A DNA stretch of 64,000 nt from Alphaproteobacteria bacterium. Lineage in GTDB: Bacteria > Pseudomonadota > Alphaproteobacteria > RF32 > CAG-239. Each line of letters opens with the position of its first letter. Within the stretch, counting starts at the first letter, position 1. The position numbers and the translations under genes are program-made. The notes beneath the pieces are model-generated. The model was given only the letters and a program-made list of their open reading frames with translations, made no database searches and was not told the origin of the DNA. Location of the stretch: positions 19,403 through 83,402 of the forward strand of contig JAZNJJ010000026.1 in assembly GCA_045577985.1 (NCBI GenBank), written 5' to 3'. This document shows positions 55,753 through 64,000 of this stretch, piece after piece.

Positions 55753-56013
55753 ATGGCCAATCATAAATCGGCAAAAACAAGAATTGTCAGAAATAATAAA
55801 CGTAGCGTTATTAATGGTGCTCGTAGAAGTCGTGTTAGAACTTTTGTAAAAAAGGTTGATGCATTAATTGCTTCTAATGATAAAGAAGCTGCTTTAGCTG
55901 CATTCAAAGTTGCTGAAAGCGAAATGATGAGAGCAGCTCAAAAAGGAGTATTCAAAAAGAATACTGCTTCTCGCACTATTTCTCGTTTAGCTCAAAAAAT
56001 TAAAGCTCTTTAA
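55753..56013 (+). CDS. rpsT: 30S ribosomal protein S20
   Basis: [15 protein letters not shown]...N...RS..RT..KK, the typical S20 pattern. 86 aa. Confidence 0.93.
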   Translation: MANHKSAKTRIVRNNKRSVINGARRSRVRTFVKKVDALIASNDKEAALAAFKVAESEMMRAAQKGVFKKNTASRTISRLAQKIKAL

Positions 56014-56042
56014 TTTTACATAAAGAATCTAAATTTTGATAA

Positions 56043-56084
56043 AAATGCAAATTGTTTCCGCAAGGTTACGATTTGCATTTTTTG
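56043..56084 (+). terminator. terminator-like hairpin after rpsT
   Basis: AAATGCAAAT ... ATTTGCATTT (10 bp, 18-nt loop) running into a T-run. Confidence 0.55.
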
Positions 56085-56493
56085 CTTATTTTTCAAACAC
56101 TTATTTGCGACTCTGCTAGAATCCTATGTCAAGTTAAATAATTACAATGTTCTTAAAAAGTTCTATTGAAATTTGTTTTTTTATAGTTAACATCCTATTT
56201 AGATTTTCGAAGTAATTATGCAGGACTAAATTACACCGATAAAAAAAATTGGGATGGTTGTTCGCATACTTTATGAAATCTAGCACTAATAAATAAAAAA
56301 TTTTGTAGTGTTATTTTATGGAAGGTTACTTTGGAAGTTTAGATCATATGACAATAAGAGTTGGCGTGTGATTTAATAATTAGATTGAACAGATAAAAAG
56401 GCATAATGAAATAATTTTATGATTTATGAGTGAAAATATTAAATCTGTTTCAAATATTAGTTTGTATAATTTTAATAGGACGGGAAAAGAGAA

Positions 56494-57927
56494 ATGGCTG
56501 AAGAAGCAATAAACAATGAAGAATTCTCCATTAATGACCAATGGAATCAAATTTGCAGTCAATTAAAGATGGAATTTGGTGAAACCGCCTTTGACAGTTG
56601 GTTAAAACCTTTAAGCATCAGCTCCTTTGATGACGGAGTTATGAATATTTGTGCGCCAACTGCCTTCATGAAAAACTGGGTTATAGCACACTACTCAGAT
56701 AGAATCCATAAGATATGGGAACATAAGAATCCAAACATTAAAAAAGTTCAATTCATTGTGCAAAATGTTGCACGCTCTGAAAAATCTAATATGTTGCATG
56801 GCGATACATCTTTACTCAAAAAGATTAAATCGACTCCAACACCTCAAAGTATATATGGACTAAATAACATTGCTAATTCTTATGCTGAAGCAGGTGAACA
56901 ATATTTATCATCAAAATTAAATCCTGCATATACATTTGAAAATTTTGTTGTTGGAAAGACGAATGAATTTGCTTATGTTGCAGCTCGTAAGGTAGCAGAA
57001 TCCAGAAATGTTTCTTTCAACCCTCTATTTTTGTATTCAGGTGTTGGTTTAGGAAAAACTCACTTAATGCACGCTATCGCTTGGCACATTAAAAAGCAGG
57101 ATCCAACAAGAAATGTTGTTTATATTTCAGCAGAACAGTTCTTATACAAATTTGTAAATGCATTGCGTTACAAAGATACTGCAGCCTTTAAAGAACAATT
57201 CCGTTCAGTTGATGTTTTAATGATAGATGATGTTCAATTTTTAGCAAATAAAGAAAAGACTCAAGATGAATTTTTCTATACATTTAACTCATTAATGGAA
57301 GGTGGCAGACAAATTATATTATCTGCAGATAAGTCCCCTAGCGATTTAGATGGTATAGAATCAAGATTAAAGTCTCGTCTGAATAGTGGTTTAGTAGCAG
57401 ATATTATGCCAACTGATTTTGATTTAAGAATTGGTATATTGAACAAAAAAGCTGCTCAATTAGGTATTGAATTACCTCAAAACGTTGCTGAATTTTTAGC
57501 TCAAAAGATTTCATCTAATATCAGAGAATTGGAGGGTTCTTTGAAAAGAATTGCCGCTCATTCTCAACTATTGTCAGGTCATGAAATTACTCTTGATATG
57601 ACACAAGATGTTTTGAAAGATATGCTTCGTTCAATTGATAGAAAAACAACAATTGATGAAATTCAGAAAAAAGTTGCCGAATACTTTAATATTTCTGTTA
57701 AAGAAATGCAATCTTCTCGCAGAGCAAGAAATGTTGCCAGACCTCGTCAAATTGCTATGTATTTAGCAAAACAATTAACTTCTCGCTCTCTTCCTGAAAT
57801 AGGACGAAAGTTTGATAGAGATCATACAACTGTTATGCACGCTGTTCGCAAAGTTGAAGAATTAATCATTGAAGATACTTCTTTGGCAGAGAGTGTTGAT
57901 GCATTACGTCGCTCTTTAGAAAATTAA
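56494..57927 (+). CDS. dnaA: chromosomal replication initiator DnaA
   Basis: AAA+ Walker A GVGLGKTHLMHAI, Walker B LMIDDVQF, and the C-terminal DNA-binding signature (IGRKFDRDHTTVMHAVRKV). Confidence 0.95.
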   Translation: MAEEAINNEEFSINDQWNQICSQLKMEFGETAFDSWLKPLSISSFDDGVMNICAPTAFMKNWVIAHYSDRIHKIWEHKNPNIKKVQFIVQNVARSEKSNMLHGDTSLLKKIKSTPTPQSIYGLNNIANSYAEAGEQYLSSKLNPAYTFENFVVGKTNEFAYVAARKVAESRNVSFNPLFLYSGVGLGKTHLMHAIAWHIKKQDPTRNVVYISAEQFLYKFVNALRYKDTAAFKEQFRSVDVLMIDDVQFLANKEKTQDEFFYTFNSLMEGGRQIILSADKSPSDLDGIESRLKSRLNSGLVADIMPTDFDLRIGILNKKAAQLGIELPQNVAEFLAQKISSNIRELEGSLKRIAAHSQLLSGHEITLDMTQDVLKDMLRSIDRKTTIDEIQKKVAEYFNISVKEMQSSRRARNVARPRQIAMYLAKQLTSRSLPEIGRKFDRDHTTVMHAVRKVEELIIEDTSLAESVDALRRSLEN

Positions 57928-58057
57928 TAGTAAAAAAAACTGTTGACGACTCATTATTTTATCTTCTGATTTAGATGTATTTTTGTTACTCTAGTATCGT
58001 GAAGAGAAACGATGAGTCGTTTTTTATATGTGTAATATTTTAGGTTGGTAGAAAAAA

Positions 58058-59176
58058 ATGAAGTTTACAATAGAAAGAGCTGTTTTATTAAAAACTCTGG
58101 GGCATGTGCAAAACATTGTAGAAAAAAGAAATACTGTTCCAGTATTATCAAATGTTAGAATCGAAGCTAACAACGAAGGTATTAGTTTCAAAGCCACAGA
58201 TATGGATACTGAAATAACTGAAATTGTTGATGCAAAAATATTAGAAAATGGTGCAATTACAGCTCCGGCTCATATGTTGTATGACATTGTAAGAAAATTG
58301 TCTGATGGTTCAGAAATCGATTTAATTTATCCTGATGAAAAAGAACAGCTTACGATTGCTTCGGGACGTTCAAAATTCTCTTTATCAACTATTGGTGTTG
58401 AAGATTTCCCTGTTATTTCAACAGATGCATTGCCTACAAGTTTTGAAATGAATCGTGATGAATTAAAGGATGTAATTGATCGCACTCAATTTGCAGCATC
58501 TACAGAAGAAACAAGATACTATTTGAATGGTTTATATATTCATCCCAAAAATGAGGGTGATACAAAAGTTTTGAGAATCGTCGCAACTGATGGTCATAGA
58601 TTGGCTTGTGTAGAGACTCCATTGCCAACCGGAGCTGAAAATATGGAAGGAGTTATTCTTCCTCGTAAAACAGTTGCCGAAATTCGTAAACTTTTAGATG
58701 ATACTTCTGCAGAATCCATCAATATTTCTCTTTCAGACAGTAAAGTTCGTTTTGTTTTAGATGACGTAACATTAGCATCAAAATTAATTGATGGAACATA
58801 TCCTGATTATGAAAGAGTGATACCTACTGATAATGATAAAATTTTAGAGCTTAAAGTAAAAACTTTGGCAACTGCAGTTGATCGTGTTTCTGTTGTTGCA
58901 GAAAGAACTAGAGCTATAAAAATGATAGCAAATAAAAATCATGTTATTATAACAACATCTAGTCCTGATTTGGGTAGTGCTATTGAAGAAATTGAAGCAA
59001 CTTATGATAGCGAATCTTTGGAGATTGGTTATAATTTCCGTTACCTTTTAGATATCTTATCTGAAATTAAAGGTGAAACAGCTAAATTTAGTTTCAGTGA
59101 TGGAGCATCTCCATCTGTAATACATGATACATCTGATGCTAGTGCTATTTATGTATTAATGCCTATGAGGGTGTAA
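58058..59176 (+). CDS. dnaN: DNA polymerase III beta sliding clamp
   Basis: 372 aa, MKF.I.R..L........V....T.P.LSNV... with a three-domain layout. Lies between dnaA and recF. Confidence 0.93.
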   Translation: MKFTIERAVLLKTLGHVQNIVEKRNTVPVLSNVRIEANNEGISFKATDMDTEITEIVDAKILENGAITAPAHMLYDIVRKLSDGSEIDLIYPDEKEQLTIASGRSKFSLSTIGVEDFPVISTDALPTSFEMNRDELKDVIDRTQFAASTEETRYYLNGLYIHPKNEGDTKVLRIVATDGHRLACVETPLPTGAENMEGVILPRKTVAEIRKLLDDTSAESINISLSDSKVRFVLDDVTLASKLIDGTYPDYERVIPTDNDKILELKVKTLATAVDRVSVVAERTRAIKMIANKNHVIITTSSPDLGSAIEEIEATYDSESLEIGYNFRYLLDILSEIKGETAKFSFSDGASPSVIHDTSDASAIYVLMPMRV

Positions 59177-59177
59177 G

Positions 59178-60380
59178 TTGAACGACTTAGCAGTTAAATT
59201 GAAAGAAATAACAAAGTTGAAGTCAGGTATTAAACGCCTGACTTTAACTAATTTTAGAAATTATAAAAATCTGCGAATCGAAACAGAAGTTTCCCCCATA
59301 ATAATTACCGGTGAAAATGGGTCTGGAAAAACAAATATATTAGAGGCTATCTCATTTCTATCTCCAGGTAGAGGTTTAAGAGGAGCCAGACTCGCTGATA
59401 TAAAGAGATTATCGGCAAATGATGATAATTTACTAATTAATGAAGGTTGGAGTGTAGCTGCAAATATATTAAAAAATGACGAAGAACATCAAATAGGAAC
59501 AGCATCTCAAAAGACGAATCGTGAAGATAATGAAGACGATAGCATTCATTCTTTTGAAAGAAGAATTGTAAAAATAAATCAACAAAAAATTTCACAACAA
59601 TCCGAGTTAGGAAAATATATTTCAACTATATGGATAACTCCGCAAATGGATCGCTTGTTTTTAGGTGGAACGCAACCTCGTCGTAGCTTCTTAGATAGAT
59701 TGGTTTATGCCTTTGATTTAGAACATGCAAAAAGAACTGCTAATTTTGAACATTTATATAGACAGTGGTTTCAGTTAATAAAATCTGGTTGCAAAGATAT
59801 TAATTGGTTAGCTTCTATTGAAACAGATTTAGCTTCATTGGGGGTTGCTATTGCAGCAGCACGTAGAGAGCAAATAGCAAAATTAAATACTTTTATTTTA
59901 AATGAACCAGATGACATATTTCCTGATGTACGTTTGGAATTAAGCGGAACAATTGAGAAGCTATTAGATACAATGCCGGCTATAAAAGTTGAAGATTTTT
60001 ATATTGACCTATTAGCAAAGCAACGACATCGTGTTTTATATAATGAATATGTAGATGGTATTAATAGAACTGATTTTAAGGTGTTTTTTAAGAAAAAAGA
60101 TATGCCCGCTGAAATGTGTTCTACGGGAGAACAGAAAGCTCTCTTAATTAGCATTATATTAGCACAAACAAAATGCCAAATCTTGGATAAAGGCTTTTCA
60201 CCTATACTGTTACTAGATGAAGTTACTACACATCTAGATGACAAAAAAAGAGATGCTTTATTGGAAAAAATCCAAAACTTATCTATACAAGCATGGATAA
60301 CATCAACAGAACCACAAAATTTTTCGGCATTAAAAGGAAAAGCTCAATTTTTTAATATTGAAAATAGCACTCTATTTTAA
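59178..60380 (+). CDS. recF: DNA replication and repair protein RecF
   Basis: L.L.NFRNY, Walker A GENGSGKTNILEAI, signature STGEQKAL, and LLLDEV. TTG start. Confidence 0.9.
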   Translation: MNDLAVKLKEITKLKSGIKRLTLTNFRNYKNLRIETEVSPIIITGENGSGKTNILEAISFLSPGRGLRGARLADIKRLSANDDNLLINEGWSVAANILKNDEEHQIGTASQKTNREDNEDDSIHSFERRIVKINQQKISQQSELGKYISTIWITPQMDRLFLGGTQPRRSFLDRLVYAFDLEHAKRTANFEHLYRQWFQLIKSGCKDINWLASIETDLASLGVAIAAARREQIAKLNTFILNEPDDIFPDVRLELSGTIEKLLDTMPAIKVEDFYIDLLAKQRHRVLYNEYVDGINRTDFKVFFKKKDMPAEMCSTGEQKALLISIILAQTKCQILDKGFSPILLLDEVTTHLDDKKRDALLEKIQNLSIQAWITSTEPQNFSALKGKAQFFNIENSTLF

Positions 60381-60445
60381 ACTTGTTTTTTTATAAATTT
60401 TAACATACCTTAATCTTATAATAAATATAATTAATTCTTATAATT

Positions 60446-60859
60446 ATGAACAGAGATGATTTTATTAAATTCAAGCATCTTTACGAATCCGAATCTCTTG
60501 AAAAACATCAAGTTCAAACGCTGACTTCTATGTATGAAACAGTTTTAGATTTTTTGGATAATACAGATTTTTTGGATTTACTTAGTGAAGAAGAGTGCGA
60601 TGAAATTTATGAAAAGATGTTATCTATTGAAGGAGAACTGGAAAAGAGGCATATTAAACCTATTGACATTAAGTCTTTAGTTATGGAATCTCCTATTGAT
60701 GCAATTGTTTTGTTTACATCAATGAAGTTCCATGATTTATTACTGCTTGATAAAAAAGTTGATTTGCTTCCTGAATCTGAATTTAAGAGTAAATTTAAGG
60801 AACTTCTTGAAATAGCTATGACATCAATTATTTCATTACAGAAATTAGGAGAATGCTAA
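60446..60859 (+). CDS. hypothetical acidic helical protein
   Basis: 137-aa ORF, E/D/L-rich. No motif. Confidence 0.4.
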   Translation: MNRDDFIKFKHLYESESLEKHQVQTLTSMYETVLDFLDNTDFLDLLSEEECDEIYEKMLSIEGELEKRHIKPIDIKSLVMESPIDAIVLFTSMKFHDLLLLDKKVDLLPESEFKSKFKELLEIAMTSIISLQKLGEC

Positions 60860-60893
60860 AAAAAGTCGCAGATTAAATCTGCGACTTTTTTTG
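60858..60893. terminator. bidirectional terminator shared with eno
   Basis: AGTCGCAGATtaaATCTGCGACT flanked by A7 and T7. Confidence 0.8.
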
Positions 60894-60905
60894 TTTCAAT
60901 CTTGA

Positions 60906-62189
<1,284 letters not shown>

Positions 62190-62405
62190 CTATTTATAAA
62201 TTTTAAGTGTTGGCTATAACTTAGATTATTTTTAGCTATTGTCAAGATAAAACGCTTATTCAACTGCTTTAATCAACAAATAAAACTCTTTTATTTTGAT
62301 GATATTATTTTATGAAAATTTTTATCAATAATCATAAATTTATTGAAATGTAATTATTTTAATTTTATAGTTACTTCATTGAAAATTTAGCATGGAGGTT
62401 CTAAT

Positions 62406-62867
62406 ATGTTTTCAGAAAAATGGAACTATCGTTTTTTAGAACTAGCAGAAATGGTAGCTACCTGGTCAAAAGATCCATCAACAAAAACAGGAGCAATCGT
62501 TGTCGGACCAGATAAAGAAATTAGAGCTACAGGTTATAACGGTTTTGTTCGTGGTGTTGATGATGATAAATCAGAAAGAATGGAGAGACCAACCAAATAT
62601 GATTTTTTTGAGCACGCAGAAAGAAATGCAATATATAATGCATGTTTGACAGGAACTCAATTAAAAGGTTGTACAATATATTGTACATTGACTCCTTGTA
62701 CGGATTGTGCAAGAGCTATTATTCAAGCCGGAATTAAAACTGTAATTACATATGAATATAAACTTAAAGATGATGATCCTAAAAATACTTGGCGAGATAA
62801 ATTGAATTATTCTGCTCAAATGTTTGACGAGGCAGGAATAACTTATATTGAATTACCAAAAAAATAA
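62406..62867 (+). CDS. dCMP deaminase (CMP/dCMP-type zinc deaminase)
   Basis: HAERNAI and PCTDCA zinc-binding motifs. About 150 aa. Begins W...FL.LA..V...SKDPSTK.GA.IV. Confidence 0.75.
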   Translation: MFSEKWNYRFLELAEMVATWSKDPSTKTGAIVVGPDKEIRATGYNGFVRGVDDDKSERMERPTKYDFFEHAERNAIYNACLTGTQLKGCTIYCTLTPCTDCARAIIQAGIKTVITYEYKLKDDDPKNTWRDKLNYSAQMFDEAGITYIELPKK

Positions 62868-62943
62868 ATATTTGTTGTCTTTAAATTTATCATATCAGAA
62901 ATATATATGTATTGATGATATGCATAACTAAGGGAGATGCGGA

Positions 62944-63570
62944 ATGAAAATTCTAATTGCTGATGACCATGCACTATTTAGAGACGGACTATCAATGAGA
63001 TTAGAACAAATTGCACCTGATGCTGTTATATTACAGGCTGCAAGTTATTCTCAAGTATTTAAAATTTTAAGAGATGAAAATGATATTGATATGATCATCT
63101 TAGATGTTGAAATGCAAGATATGCCTTGGCAAGAAGCATTGAACGATATAAAAATGGGAAATCCTAATGCAACAATTGTTGTAATTTCAGCATCTGAAGA
63201 TAGTAGAACAATCCGTATGATTTTATCAACCGGTGTAAAAGGATATATACCTAAACGTTCTGATATTAAGGTATTAAACAATGCCTTAAAATTAATATTA
63301 GACGGAGGTACATATATTCCACCAACATTGATAGATAGTACGCCCATGAATAATTTAAGCGGAAAAAGTGCAGGTATAAAGACTTTAACAACAAGACAAT
63401 CGCAAGTTCTTGATTTAATTGCTCAAGGAAAATCAAACAAACAAATTGCTTATGATATGGGTGTTTCAGAATCTACGGTAAAATTACATATAAATGCCTT
63501 GTTGCGTTCATTACATGTAAGTAATAGAACTCAAGCAGTTGTTACAGCCCAAAAGATGGGAATCATTTAA
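62944..63570 (+). CDS. NarL/FixJ-type response regulator (REC + LuxR HTH)
   Basis: ILIADDH, phospho-acceptor context IILDVEM, conserved K (GYIPK), and a C-terminal LT.RQ..VL.L.A.G.SNK.IA....VSE.TVK.H. Confidence 0.85.
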   Translation: MKILIADDHALFRDGLSMRLEQIAPDAVILQAASYSQVFKILRDENDIDMIILDVEMQDMPWQEALNDIKMGNPNATIVVISASEDSRTIRMILSTGVKGYIPKRSDIKVLNNALKLILDGGTYIPPTLIDSTPMNNLSGKSAGIKTLTTRQSQVLDLIAQGKSNKQIAYDMGVSESTVKLHINALLRSLHVSNRTQAVVTAQKMGII

Positions 63571-64000
63571 TTTCTTGATCTTTTTTAGATTTAAGTTGCC
63601 CACATGCGGCTAATATATCTTGCCCGCGCGCCACTCTAACCGGAGCGGCGTAGCCGGCTTTTTCTAACTCTTGAGCAAATAAATGTACTCGTTTATTGGA
63701 GCTTGGCTTATATAAGCATCCCGGCCATGGGTTGAATGGAATTAAATTAAAGCTTGCCCTCAGTTGATATTTCTTCATCAGCGCAATGAGTTCACGGGCA
63801 CATTCCATGGTATCATTAACATTATCAAGCATTAAATATTCAAAAGTAATATACCGACTGCCATCTTCACTCTGATATTCTCTACATGCGGATAAAACTT
63901 CTTCTAGAGGATATTTGTTATTTATTGGCATTATTTGTGAACGAAGATTATTATTTGGAGCGTGCAATGATACAGCTAAACGAACTCCTGTCTCCTTTAG
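63563..64000 (-). CDS. rlmN: 23S rRNA/tRNA adenine-C2 methyltransferase RlmN (C-terminal part; gene continues beyond the window)
   Basis: LAVSLHAPNN.LR..IMPIN.KYPL.E....C....ITFEY.ML..VND....A.EL..L........NLIPFNPWPG......S......F...L...G....VR..RG.DI.AACGQL. The reading frame is open to the window edge. Confidence 0.85.
   Translation of the reverse strand, partial: LKETGVRLAVSLHAPNNNLRSQIMPINNKYPLEEVLSACREYQSEDGSRYITFEYLMLDNVNDTMECARELIALMKKYQLRASFNLIPFNPWPGCLYKPSSNKRVHLFAQELEKAGYAAPVRVARGQDILAACGQLKSKKDQEIK

Noticed and set aside
56014-56493. oriC in the 480-nt AT-rich region upstream of dnaA
   Set aside because: I found no cluster of DnaA-box-like 9-mers by eye, and alphaproteobacterial origins are frequently not next to dnaA. 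This cannot be supported without a skew and PWM analysis.

Overview
This is a 64-kb, AT-rich (roughly one-third GC by eye) bacterial chromosome segment that uses the standard genetic code: TGA ends sufB and the first ycgN-like gene. Gene content fits an Alphaproteobacterium best, an inference from tolQ-tolR-tolA, an rpoH-prmC-DUF4167 linkage and an Omp25/31-like OMP. Most of the window is housekeeping: tolQRA, a family-4 UDG, yajC-secD-secF, an NlpD-like peptidase, sufBCD, dnaK, dnaJ, comM, rpsF-rpsR-rplI, prmC, rpoH, asnS, tRNA-Ser(GGA), terC, galE, dnaB, mutM, rpsT, dnaA-dnaN-recF, eno, dCMP deaminase, a NarL-type response regulator and a partial rlmN. I see no rRNA, CRISPR array, transposase, integrase or recognisable defence genes.

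The non-ordinary content is as follows.

1. There are four paralogous type IV pilin-like genes with an atypical G|R-[ST]-M-[IL]-E processing motif, spread over three loci. No pilus assembly genes lie in the window.
2. Two of these genes carry a near-identical leader built from mirrored 32-nt palindromes flanking a 73-nt spacer. One of the two splits dnaK from dnaJ.
3. The other two sit in a tight six-gene minus-strand cluster: lipoprotein, comM, an 851-aa Cys-rich repeat protein with an apparently catalytically dead trypsin-like domain, two pilin-like genes, and a thymidine-phosphorylase-family gene.
4. A 1293-aa lipoprotein contains four tandem repeats of about 180 aa.
5. A MazG-like ORF is translationally coupled inside sufB-sufC.
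6. A rod-like structured element of about 166 nt lies in a long intergenic gap.
7. A small ORF next to the tRNA is interrupted by one in-frame TGA.

All functional calls rest on by-eye motif recognition. No searches or folding programs were run.
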